From IMG/VR virus record IMGVR_UViG_3300022839_000006, positions 62,001 to 126,000 of that record: 64,000 nt of DNA; one strand, 5' to 3'. How positions within the stretch are numbered: the first letter of the stretch is position 1; each line of letters opens with the position of its first letter. A program made the translations under genes and the position numbers. This document shows, in pieces, positions 18,495-27,755 of the stretch. The notes beneath the pieces are model-generated. The model made no database searches and was not told where the DNA came from. It saw only the letters and a program-made list of their open reading frames with translations.

Positions 18495-18842
18495 ATCGCA
18501 CATGTATTTGTTGCTGCGTTATACGCAGCAGGTCTCTATCTTTCTACACACGGTTTTGTAGGTGGTACTTATCTACTGTTTGGACTGCTTAGCATACACG
18601 TTATCGTTCTCGTACTTGCAAGTTCTGTAATGTTGGGAATTTCTCATAGAAAGGCAGAAGGGAAAGCTAAAATACTACCAGGAAATGTGCTGTTAGGTCA
18701 AGTGTTTGTTGGAATTGCAGGTTATCACATGTTTATGATGGGTCACCTGTTGATTGCAGGAGTAATATCCACTACGCTCACAATTGCAGTTGTTGGGGAT
18801 CTTGTACGCATGTTGACAACAAAGGACAAACCAACACAATGA
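18495..18842 (+). CDS. multi-pass membrane hypothetical protein (apparent ATC start)
   Basis: Frame of ORF 18630 is open upstream and hydrophobic; AAGGAG at 18482-18487 lies 7 nt before ATC 18495. Confidence 0.5.
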   Translation: MAHVFVAALYAAGLYLSTHGFVGGTYLLFGLLSIHVIVLVLASSVMLGISHRKAEGKAKILPGNVLLGQVFVGIAGYHMFMMGHLLIAGVISTTLTIAVVGDLVRMLTTKDKPTQ

Positions 18843-19267
18843 CTGTCCCTGTACTCTACATCATAATGAGAACAGATCTCGACTCGATGAATTCAGGCAA
18901 GGCAATGGCCCAAGCGTCCCACGCATCTAATGCGTTTGTAAAGGCTTGCAACAAAGCAATAGAGACAAACACAAACTCTCAACCACTAAGTGACGCTTTT
19001 GAAAAATGGCAGAACGAAACGGCTCAGGGATTTGGTACTGTCCTCGTGTTAGAAGGACAGACGATGAGTAGCATTGAGGATTCAATCGAACTGCTCTATG
19101 GTTACGGACACGTTGCAGGTGTTGTTCACGATCCTACCTATCCAATACTCGATGGATATGCAGTCCACCACATCCCACTCTACACATGTGGATACGTTTT
19201 TATCGAAGACAAAAGCCTACACACAGCCGCCTCTGACATTCTAAAACACTACAATCTACACAAATAA
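18839..19267 (+). CDS. peptidyl-tRNA hydrolase II (PTH2)-like protein
   Basis: YIIMRTDL.SMNSGK.MAQ.SHA, W....GFGTVLVL. Confidence 0.75.
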   Translation: MTVPVLYIIMRTDLDSMNSGKAMAQASHASNAFVKACNKAIETNTNSQPLSDAFEKWQNETAQGFGTVLVLEGQTMSSIEDSIELLYGYGHVAGVVHDPTYPILDGYAVHHIPLYTCGYVFIEDKSLHTAASDILKHYNLHK

Positions 19268-19296
19268 CAATGAAACTGCTTGAAAGGCAATATATT

Positions 19297-19566
19297 ATGA
19301 ACGACGTAACAACAGACACAGCAAACGACACAACATATAGCGTGACAGCGGACGAACTCCGCTCATTCATTGAGCGATATGAGCGTCTTCAGATTGAGAA
19401 GACGGACGTTGGCGATGCTCAGAAAGAGGTGATGGCCGAAGCTAAAGGGCGTGGGTATGACACCAAAGTTCTACGGAAAATCATCGCACTCCGTAAGCGT
19501 AGTAACGGTGACGTTCAAGAAGAAGAGGCCGTACTTGAAATGTACAAAGAAGCGTTGGGAATGTAA
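19297..19566 (+). CDS. gapR: GapR/DUF2312 nucleoid-associated protein
   Basis: ELRSFIERYERL..EK......KEVMAEAKGRGYDTKVLRKIIALRK......EEEAVLEMYKEALGM; likely start 19297. Confidence 0.92.
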   Translation: MNDVTTDTANDTTYSVTADELRSFIERYERLQIEKTDVGDAQKEVMAEAKGRGYDTKVLRKIIALRKRSNGDVQEEEAVLEMYKEALGM

Positions 19567-19577
19567 CCACACAATAC

Positions 19578-19624
19578 ATGCACGCTGAGAAAGGAATGCT
19601 TGTATGTCCTTTCTCAGCGTGTGT
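19578..19624. repeat. 15-bp perfect stem hairpin between gapR and the endonuclease gene
   Basis: cacgctgagaaagga / tcctttctcagcgtg. Confidence 0.8.
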
Positions 19625-19693
19625 TGACCTTATAGTCAATGGGCATATAGTGCAAGAAGTACAAAAATAACACAAGATCAGTCGAGGATAAAA

Positions 19694-21154
19694 ATGTGTA
19701 CAAATAACGAGCTGGTCGCACTTGCAACAAAAATTGTCAAGTTGATAGGGAACGCTAAACAACACAAGGACAAGGTCCTACAAAATATTGATTCTGATCT
19801 ACACGCACGTTTTGTAGAGTCGACAAGCTTCATGCCTGAGGATACCAAACTCTCACAGAGAGTTGCACATGGCCTGACAGGAATCGATCGTATGTTGATA
19901 TGCGTTGTATGTGGTAACACACACATGAGAATATACCCTCCTTCCCAAAGAGATTATTGTTGTAAAGGGTGCTACTTTTCAGACACAAAAGCAATGAAGC
20001 AACGCGTAAGTGTTGTAGATCAAACTGCACGTGTGAAGAAGATGGCACACACCAACAAAGTAAAGTACGGATACGAATTTAATAGTCAAAGACCCGACGT
20101 CAAAAAACTGTTGAGCAAATCTAAATTGGAACGTACCAATCCCGAGGCTGTAGACAGGCTCGCAGATAAGCTGTGGCTTGAAGAACAATACGCTAAACAA
20201 ACCTCCGTTGAAATTTCAAACACTCTAAACGTGCATTACAGCACTGTTCTTTTCCACTTGAGAAAACATGGGATAGAAATAACACCATATGCAAACACGA
20301 GTGCGGTTGAACGTAGTATAAACCAATTCATACTTGACAGTGGTGCACGAACAACAACGTCCACTCGTAACATTCTCACAGGCAACAGAGAGATCGACAT
20401 CTATGTCCCTGAAAAACACCTCGCAATTGAAGTTAATGGGCTATATTGGCATAGTAGCACAGATTTCACCAATTCGGCCAAGCACTTAACCAAGACGGAG
20501 GAGTGTTTGAGTAACGGGATTCGGCTCATACACATATCTGACGAAAAGTGGTTCACGAAGCCAGATGTTGTAAAGTCTATGCTGTTGAATAGACTCGGCA
20601 TGTCTCAGACACGAATACATGCAAGACAATGTACGGTCAGGTCTGTAGATCCGTCTACATCCAACGAATTTATTAACAGAAACCACATCAATGGCACAGC
20701 AAACGCAAACAAGAAGTATGGTCTATATCACAATGATGTGTTGGTATTGGTAATGACGTTTAGTAAATCACGGTATTCTAAGATGCACGAGTGGGAGTTA
20801 ATAAGGTTGTGTTCTGCTCACAATACGGTTATTGTAGGAGGAGCATCTAAAGTATTTCAACACTTCATTAGAGAGCAGTCGCCTATCAGCATTATGACTT
20901 ATGCTGATAGGCAATATGGAGAGGGACACGCATATCCAAAACTTGGCTTTAAATTTTCTCACATTACCAAGCCAGGATATTCCTGGACAGATGGCAATAA
21001 AACTTACAATAGAATCAACTTTCAAAAACACAAACTCCACAAACTACTAGATGTCTATAGTGACAGCCTGACAGAAAGAGAAAACATGATTAACAACGGA
21101 TATCGTTTATATTTCGATTGCGGTCACAATGTTTATGAGTGGAGCCAACAATAA
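19694..21154 (+). mobile_element. Hef-like free-standing homing endonuclease (Vsr/DUF559-type nuclease plus C-terminal GNAT/Mom-like region)
   Basis: CxxC zinc motif, HTH-like segment, EIDIY.P...LAIE.NGLYWHS, GIRLIHI, then NH..G, WELIRLC, GGASK, TYADR. Confidence 0.78.
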
Positions 21155-21178
21155 AAAAGGCGGACCGAAGCCCGCCTT
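21153..21178 (-). terminator. intrinsic terminator of gp23 with C(UUCG)G tetraloop
   Basis: Minus strand aaggcgggc-ttcg-gtccgcctt followed by a T run, just downstream of the capsid gene. Confidence 0.9.
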
Positions 21179-21215
21179 AATTGATCTGGTTTGTTCCAGA
21201 TTCTTTTGGTGTTTA

Positions 21216-22517
21216 TTAGAACAGGTTGTTAACAACCACTTTGCGGTAGTACTCGTTCGTTGCAGACTGCAGACGACCAAGTCCTTGAGCGCTACCTTCT
21301 GCAAAAGGATTCGCGACCATGCCGTAGCGTGTCTTGAAGCCGATTTTTGGTTGGAAGCTATTCTCACCGATTGCACGCACCATCTGAAGCGGAACATATG
21401 GGCAGTAGAAGATTCCCGCATCAAATGAAGAGGAGCCTTTGTAGCCGACTACAAGGTAGTTGTTGCCTGCATATGGATCGATGTATACGCGGTAACGACC
21501 ATTAAGAACACCTGCGAAAGTATTGCCTGTGTCATCAACTTGTAGGTTGTTGCTGTTAAGTGCTGGTGTATAATCAAGTACGCCTGCCATCTGAAGTGCG
21601 GAAGCAACATCAGAAGAACAAATTACCAGATTGCCTTTGCCGCGACGAGTAGCTTTTGCAATTGCGTTTGCTTCCGTCTCGATTTGGAACATCAGACCCT
21701 TGAACTTCTCAACAGACCAGCGACCGTTTGCATCGACATCAAGGTCGAACACACCTGGCGTTGCTGTTCTTTGAGCTCCGACGACTGCGTTAGTAAAGAT
21801 TGTACGTACAACTTCACGGTTGATTTCAACAAGAATCTCGCTCGAAAGAATGTTTGCGAGTTCTGTTTCTGCGTCAAGACCGTGAACAGCACGAAGATCC
21901 TGTGCAAGTTCAGTGGTGTATTCCGCTTTCAGTGCGCGTGTTTTTGCTTCAACAGCAACTTTTTCAATTGAGAAAGCCATTTCTGCGAAGGGTGTTGCAC
22001 CACCTGCAGCACCAAGTGCTTCTGCAGCTGCTGTGTTCATGCCCGTACCGAAGTCTGCGTTACCTGGAAGGCCTGCTGTGTTGGCTGTACCAGTACCACC
22101 AAAGGCGGTGTTGGCTTCGTTGTAGAATGCTTCGTCGCCTGCTTGTGATGCATACTTGGAGCGCATTGCAAAGATCAGGCCAGTTGGACCTGTCATTGGC
22201 TGTACGCCACAAATGTCGTATGCAATCAAATTTGGCATTGCACGACGAACCAGGCTGATAAGTACTGGGTCATAACCAGCGACTGGACCTGCAGCAGCTG
22301 CTCCGGCAGAGAAGCCACCAGTCCCAGCATCGTTGGCTGGCGATTCATTGAGCAATGAAGTCATTGTAACGCCCGTACGATCTTCTGCAAGTGCCTTCTC
22401 AGTGTTCTCAAGAATTGTTGCAGTCACGCCACGACGGTACTTGTCTTTGATTGATTCGAACTGATCGTGGTCCAGAATCGGTGCCCACTTTTCTGTTAGA
22501 AGATTATGTTGACTCAT
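21216..22517 (-). CDS. gp23: major capsid protein
   Basis: DPVLISLVRRAMPNLIAYDICGVQPMTGPTGLIFAMR, FQPKIGFKTRYG. Confidence 0.98.
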   Translation of the reverse strand: MSQHNLLTEKWAPILDHDQFESIKDKYRRGVTATILENTEKALAEDRTGVTMTSLLNESPANDAGTGGFSAGAAAAGPVAGYDPVLISLVRRAMPNLIAYDICGVQPMTGPTGLIFAMRSKYASQAGDEAFYNEANTAFGGTGTANTAGLPGNADFGTGMNTAAAEALGAAGGATPFAEMAFSIEKVAVEAKTRALKAEYTTELAQDLRAVHGLDAETELANILSSEILVEINREVVRTIFTNAVVGAQRTATPGVFDLDVDANGRWSVEKFKGLMFQIETEANAIAKATRRGKGNLVICSSDVASALQMAGVLDYTPALNSNNLQVDDTGNTFAGVLNGRYRVYIDPYAGNNYLVVGYKGSSSFDAGIFYCPYVPLQMVRAIGENSFQPKIGFKTRYGMVANPFAEGSAQGLGRLQSATNEYYRKVVVNNLF

Positions 22518-22564
22518 CTCTTAGTCTCCTTATTGAGTTGTTATTCGTATTATAGCTTTATTTA

Positions 22565-23617
22565 TTATTTAAAGTTTTTCATGGCTGATGCGTAGGCATT
22601 GATCGAATCATACTGCGAAATCTTCTTTGGTGCTGATTCTTCAAGAGTCGGTGCACTGTTTTCTTCATCGAGGCTTTCGCTGATTACAGTATCTTTCTTT
22701 ACTTTAAAGAAAGATTCTTTGAGAGTTTTCAGGTTTTCTGTATAAGCTACGTGATCTGAATTGTCAAGTTTTTCAGAAAGTACGCGAAGGCGCTCTACTT
22801 GTGCTACAGACAGTCCTTCGACCATTGTTTCAAAAATCTGTGCTCCACGAAGTGTTTTGATCTCTTCTTCGAGGTCAAGACGATCGTTGATTGCACGGCT
22901 TGCTGTTGCTTTCATCGTGGAAAGCTCTTCTTCAAGACCTGCAACAATGTCGATTGTTTCTTCATCGATCTCTACATTGTGATCGTAAAACAGCTCTTTG
23001 AGACCGATCATCAGCGATTCAGCCATCTCTACTTTGATGCCTGATTCAACAGCAACAGTGTTTTCTTCCATCCACTCTTTAACAACATAATCAAGATAAC
23101 CGTCAAGATTTTCAACAATGTCGTCTAGTGATTCGGACAGTGCGGCGTCAAACTGCTCTTTAAGATCAGCCTCAACAGCCTCAACAACGCTGGCAGACTT
23201 TGCTGTTGCAGCTTCGTGAACAGCAGCTTCGAACACAAGCGTTGCTTTACCTTTAAAATCTTCAGAAAGGTCAAGACCTTCGAACAGGTCAGAAAGGTCA
23301 AAAGACTCGCCCATGCCCGCTTTCATCTTTTCAGACTTCATCGTCTTGCTGTGCATGGCTTCATCCGTGTCGTCCTCGTCATCCATGTCATCCCCGTCAT
23401 CCATGTCATCCATCTCAGATTTCATTGCTTCGACAGCAACAAGAGGCTTGTTTGTCTTTTTTGTTACACCATCGGTAACTGTTTCCGCATCTGGGTCTAC
23501 TTGTTGCATTACATCTGCTGAACTGCGCTTAGCTTTGCCACCAGCCGCATTGACAGGAGCTTCAACCGAAGATACTCCGTCGGCAGACATTACTTTTTCT
23601 TCTAGGTTATTTGCCAT
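22565..23617 (-). CDS. gp22: prohead core scaffold protein
   Basis: LSEDFK.KA..VFEAAV, YL.YVV.EWMEEN..AVE.GIK; position upstream of gp23. Confidence 0.92.
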   Translation of the reverse strand: MANNLEEKVMSADGVSSVEAPVNAAGGKAKRSSADVMQQVDPDAETVTDGVTKKTNKPLVAVEAMKSEMDDMDDGDDMDDEDDTDEAMHSKTMKSEKMKAGMGESFDLSDLFEGLDLSEDFKGKATLVFEAAVHEAATAKSASVVEAVEADLKEQFDAALSESLDDIVENLDGYLDYVVKEWMEENTVAVESGIKVEMAESLMIGLKELFYDHNVEIDEETIDIVAGLEEELSTMKATASRAINDRLDLEEEIKTLRGAQIFETMVEGLSVAQVERLRVLSEKLDNSDHVAYTENLKTLKESFFKVKKDTVISESLDEENSAPTLEESAPKKISQYDSINAYASAMKNFK

Positions 23618-23651
23618 AGTAGATTTTTCCTTTTTGTTTATAGATCACGAT

Positions 23652-23659
23652 TATTTATA
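23652..23659 (-). promoter_or_regulatory. T4-type late promoter TATAAATA
   Basis: Exact consensus upstream of gp22. Confidence 0.85.
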
Positions 23660-23724
23660 ATATTTTATTTCTCAAGGTTATTTATCAAGATGAGAATTTC
23701 TATTTAAAACAAAATTCCCAACTG

Positions 23725-24486
23725 TTACTTTCTTAGTGTGGACATGTAGCTTTCAAACATCTTCAAAGCTTTATGCTCGTCAATTTTTTTAGAGGGCTTG
23801 TTAAACGATTCTTTGATTGTCATTATTGCGTCTTCGAGCATTTGAAGGCGGTCCATTGCTTGATTAAATAGCAGCGCATCAATAGACTGAACCACAGCTT
23901 CTTCAACAATTGGCTCGTCAAAAGCTCCTTGGTTCCATGTAGACGTCGCCATGTCAAAAAAGTACTGAGTGTTCTCCATAATTCCCTTTACAAAGCAGTT
24001 GGGCCCGCTGGGATCTGTCACAATGTCAACAGTTGCTAAATGGAAATCGCCTTGAACTTCCATGATTCCTTCTTTCGATTGCTTTACAGAACCTAGGCCA
24101 CGCGTCGATACGCCAATCTTCACACCTTCATCGATGAACGTCTTTACAATATTGCCCATTGGTGTGCCAAGAATTTTTGCTTTTCCAATAAAGTTGGAAC
24201 CATCACGACCCATTTCTATGATAAGATGTGATGCACGGTCACCGTTGATCTGAGGTCCGTCTGGATGGCCAAGCTCGCCTAATGCACGCTTAGTTTTAAC
24301 AAATTGCTCATTGTAGCGGTTCATTTCTTTTTCAAGAATATTAGATGGATACATGCGGCCGTTTCTATTCTTAATGTCACCTTGCATGAAGATGCCTTCG
24401 ATGTAATGTGACTTGTTGCCACTCTCATTAGCCTCAACAAGAACAGCAATGTCTTCGTTGAATACCTCTGTCATCAGTAATGCCAT
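23725..24486 (-). CDS. gp21: prohead protease
   Basis: IEGIFMQ..IKNRNGR.YP, ALGELGHP, GVSTRGLGS, DIVTDPS. Confidence 0.97.
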   Translation of the reverse strand: MALLMTEVFNEDIAVLVEANESGNKSHYIEGIFMQGDIKNRNGRMYPSNILEKEMNRYNEQFVKTKRALGELGHPDGPQINGDRASHLIIEMGRDGSNFIGKAKILGTPMGNIVKTFIDEGVKIGVSTRGLGSVKQSKEGIMEVQGDFHLATVDIVTDPSGPNCFVKGIMENTQYFFDMATSTWNQGAFDEPIVEEAVVQSIDALLFNQAMDRLQMLEDAIMTIKESFNKPSKKIDEHKALKMFESYMSTLRK

Positions 24487-24529
24487 GTCGGTTGCTCCAG
24501 TTTGCTTTTGTTTCTTCTATTTATCAATT

Positions 24530-24769
24530 TTACGATTTGTACGAAACGGGAGTGCACAAGATACTAGTAGAACCGGATATTGTGTTTTCTGGTATCTTTT
24601 CAACGAAAGTCACAGAACCTGCCGGTGCAGTAAAAGAAGCCACATCGCTGTTAGCGTCTGCAATAGTTATGACTGACACAGAGTTTGCATATATGCGAAT
24701 CAATCGCCCATTATAAACAGTGTCCGCAGTCGTGACGGACATTTCAATCGCCAGAGGTTTTACAATCAT
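24530..24769 (-). CDS. small hypothetical late protein
   Basis: Overlaps upstream stop; head-gene cluster position. Confidence 0.7.
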   Translation of the reverse strand: MIVKPLAIEMSVTTADTVYNGRLIRIYANSVSVITIADANSDVASFTAPAGSVTFVEKIPENTISGSTSILCTPVSYKS

Positions 24770-25467
24770 GATTCTAAGACCTCTTTTGCAAACTTCAAAA
24801 TGTCTCGGAATCCTCTTTTGTCTTTCATTGCTGTCTTCATCATTGATTTCTTGTTTGATGAACTCAACTCGTCGAACATCTGGTTGAGCATCTTGGTCTC
24901 AGGTTCTTTAAGCGTTACAGAAGATCCGTCGCCAAGCTGCACATTGCCTGTTTTAAACGCTTCGTTGGTCCCTTCAGAGACATCTTCGTGTCTGTCTGTT
25001 TTTTGTTTGTTCACTGCACGCGTGACAACTTTTCTACGATTTTTCAAATAATCATCGGAGCTGTCCACATCACCGTCATTGTCAATGTCATCATCTTCTT
25101 TTCCGACGGCATCGAGTGCTTCTTTCATTGCCTTGGAGATTGCCTTGGAGATTGCCTTCCGACGGTTGTGCAAATAATCATCAGAGCTATCTACGTCACC
25201 GTCATTGTCAATATCTTTGTCCTTGCGATTATCAAAGTCTTTTTTGAGCGCATCTTGATCGACCTTGTCCAGCTTTTCATATACAGCCTTGTCTTGCCCT
25301 GCCGCATAATCAGCGAGACGCTTAGCCTTTTTCATTACTGAAGAGTGTTGACTCTCTTCAGACTCGGGATGATCTAAGATGTTGAATGTGTGCTTGGCCT
25401 TGAAATCAATTTCGTCTACTGATGTTGGTTGGGCCACTTCTGCGATAAGTTTCTTGAACGATTTCAC
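24766..25467 (-). CDS. prohead core/internal head protein with duplicated [15 protein letters not shown] motif
   Basis: MKSFK start, highly charged, between portal and protease. Confidence 0.7.
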   Translation of the reverse strand: MKSFKKLIAEVAQPTSVDEIDFKAKHTFNILDHPESEESQHSSVMKKAKRLADYAAGQDKAVYEKLDKVDQDALKKDFDNRKDKDIDNDGDVDSSDDYLHNRRKAISKAISKAMKEALDAVGKEDDDIDNDGDVDSSDDYLKNRRKVVTRAVNKQKTDRHEDVSEGTNEAFKTGNVQLGDGSSVTLKEPETKMLNQMFDELSSSNKKSMMKTAMKDKRGFRDILKFAKEVLES

Positions 25468-27170
25468 CGTGCTTTTCTCCGCTTTTCTTTATAATGTTGA
25501 AATGTGTTTTTATTATTTATCTGAAGCGATTCTTCTGATGGAGGAGTATCTTGTTCTCCATCACTGTCGTCCGTTTCGGAGTCTGCATCATCATCCACTT
25601 CATCGTCCACTTCATCATTATCCACTTCATCGTCGCTACCACGATCGTCCATATCATCAGGATCGCGATAGAGACCTGCTGCGCGCTCAGCAGCAATTTG
25701 AGCTTGCATCTCCATCGTTTCGGTTTCTGACATGAATAGAACATTTTTCTGAACCCATTGACGAGAGAAGTACTTGCCAACTTGCTCTTCCATTTCTCTT
25801 ATCGTACCGATCTTTTCTTTTAGAATCTCCATCTCCTTGAGCTCTTCAAAGTAGCTATCTTTCATGAAGTCGTAACGAACTTCGTCTTTAATGTCCTTCC
25901 ATTCGTCGGGCGTTAATACACCTTTCAATATGAGCTGTTTTTCAAGTATAATATCGAATAAGATGGAGAAGCGGGTACGAAGACGTCGAACGAACTTTCC
26001 GAAGCGCATTTCGTCGCGTGTCATTTCCGACACTCGACCAAACGAATAACTATTTTCAGATTCCAATCTGGATACAGGAACACCAAGCGATTTGTAGAGT
26101 TTTTTCTGAAAGTATGCTAAGTTGTCGTTATCGCCGAGTGACGCACCACCAGGAAGCGAGTCTACTTCAGTGCTACGATTTCCTTCTCTTCTTGGAAACC
26201 AAAAGTCTTCTGTCATAGTCATAAACTTACGACTGTCGCTCATTTCGCCAGTACTTGAATTGTACTGAAGTTTATTCTTGTGTCTTGCCATCATATCAGC
26301 TAGGTATTGCTCTGCCTTTGCTTTTGGCAAGTTGCCCACATCGACGTAGAATATTCTACGCTCTGGTGCGCGAGTCAACGTGTAGATTACAGTAGCATCT
26401 TCTAGTACTCTTAGCTGATTGAGTGGCTTAATTGCACGGTGTAGGTGTGATAAAACAAGTGACTGATTTTCATTCATCAGACCTGATGTAACACGTGCAA
26501 TTGAGTCTTTTGCAATTTTATATCCGTTTGTCACTTGACTGCTTGCAGAACCGCCCGAGGACGAAACGCCAAAGCCGCCATCTGAATACATAAAATATTC
26601 TGACTTAATTCTTTTCAGTGGGAGACCGGTCTGTCTATCTGCTGTACTGGAATCGTTTTCACGAATTAGTCGTACTTTACGAGGATCGAGATATCTAAGC
26701 TCCTGAATTCCCTTTCTGAGATTGCTCTCATCAATTATAATATGATAATTAATTCTACCATCCACAAAAAATCTTTGAAAAATGTCGTAACCTTGGTTCG
26801 AAAAGTCGAGTAGGTGAAGAACATTTTCAAACTCTTCTAAAATTGCGCTCTTTACCTTATCAGGCAGTTCAACACCATCTAGTACAATTGTAACTACTTT
26901 TTGATTTGCCGAAACAGAGATTGATTCGTTTACAACCTCGTCTACGGCTTGTTGAACTTCAGGCTGTAATGCCATGGATCTATACCTAGTCACAAGTTCC
27001 GATTCGTTTTTGGCTGTTCCTTCAATGTCAAGGAAATATCCATACGACCCGCCGGTAGCAGTTGCTTCTACGTTAACCGCGCCGTCATCGTTTTGCGGAG
27101 CTGCAAACGATGACGGCTGGTATTCGTCTTTATTATTGCGCTTAATTTCAAAGCCAAATAATTTTGCCAT
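25464..27170 (-). CDS. gp20: portal protein
   Basis: [47 protein letters not shown]. Confidence 0.98.
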   Translation of the reverse strand: MAKLFGFEIKRNNKDEYQPSSFAAPQNDDGAVNVEATATGGSYGYFLDIEGTAKNESELVTRYRSMALQPEVQQAVDEVVNESISVSANQKVVTIVLDGVELPDKVKSAILEEFENVLHLLDFSNQGYDIFQRFFVDGRINYHIIIDESNLRKGIQELRYLDPRKVRLIRENDSSTADRQTGLPLKRIKSEYFMYSDGGFGVSSSGGSASSQVTNGYKIAKDSIARVTSGLMNENQSLVLSHLHRAIKPLNQLRVLEDATVIYTLTRAPERRIFYVDVGNLPKAKAEQYLADMMARHKNKLQYNSSTGEMSDSRKFMTMTEDFWFPRREGNRSTEVDSLPGGASLGDNDNLAYFQKKLYKSLGVPVSRLESENSYSFGRVSEMTRDEMRFGKFVRRLRTRFSILFDIILEKQLILKGVLTPDEWKDIKDEVRYDFMKDSYFEELKEMEILKEKIGTIREMEEQVGKYFSRQWVQKNVLFMSETETMEMQAQIAAERAAGLYRDPDDMDDRGSDDEVDNDEVDDEVDDDADSETDDSDGEQDTPPSEESLQINNKNTFQHYKEKRRKAR

Positions 27171-27186
27171 AGTATAAAGTCCCTTA

Positions 27187-27723
27187 TTAGGTTACAGGGT
27201 TTCCAGTAGTTCCGCCAACGACAGTCCACAGGTCATATTGGAACGTAGTGGTAAACTCTTCAATAGTGTCAGTTGTTTCCCAGGACAGTGCAATGTCGCT
27301 AACTGCGACGGGGTAGATCCCTTGGAAGTTATATATACGCAGTGTAGCACCATCTTTGCCGTACTGTGTAATAATAGCATCTGATTTATAATCCTGTGGC
27401 AATGCTCTTGAATTTGCCACATGACTGTTGATTGCGTTTGACCAAGCTTCCAGTGCATTGCGCACTGCAAAGTCTTCGTCGTTGATGATTGTTACTGTCC
27501 AATCTTCGAAGGTTCTATCACCTGCATATTTAATCTGGCGACCAAAGTATGGAACTGTGTAGGACCCAAGGTTAGATGAAGGAATAGCAGCAGTTTTAGC
27601 CATGAATGGCACTTTAAAATCTGCTACGCCCAAGACTGGATTTGCAATTTGTACTTGGAAGAGGGTGGGACGTGCTCCACCCCCCACTAACTGCGATTTA
27701 AATTCATTGACTGAGAATGACAT
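27187..27723 (-). CDS. gp19: tail tube protein
   Basis: GGARP.LF, AGDRTFEDWTVTIINDEDF. Confidence 0.97.
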   Translation of the reverse strand: MSFSVNEFKSQLVGGGARPTLFQVQIANPVLGVADFKVPFMAKTAAIPSSNLGSYTVPYFGRQIKYAGDRTFEDWTVTIINDEDFAVRNALEAWSNAINSHVANSRALPQDYKSDAIITQYGKDGATLRIYNFQGIYPVAVSDIALSWETTDTIEEFTTTFQYDLWTVVGGTTGNPVT

Positions 27724-27747
27724 GTTAATTGTTCTCCTTGTTATATC

Positions 27748-27755
27748 TATTTATA
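27748..27755 (-). promoter_or_regulatory. T4-type late promoter TATAAATA
   Basis: Exact consensus upstream of gp19. Confidence 0.85.

Noticed and set aside
21107-23660. Plus-strand ORFs overlapping gp23/gp22, and similar antisense ORFs across the late region
   Set aside because: Shadow ORFs produced by codon bias of the real minus-strand genes; no SD or motifs.
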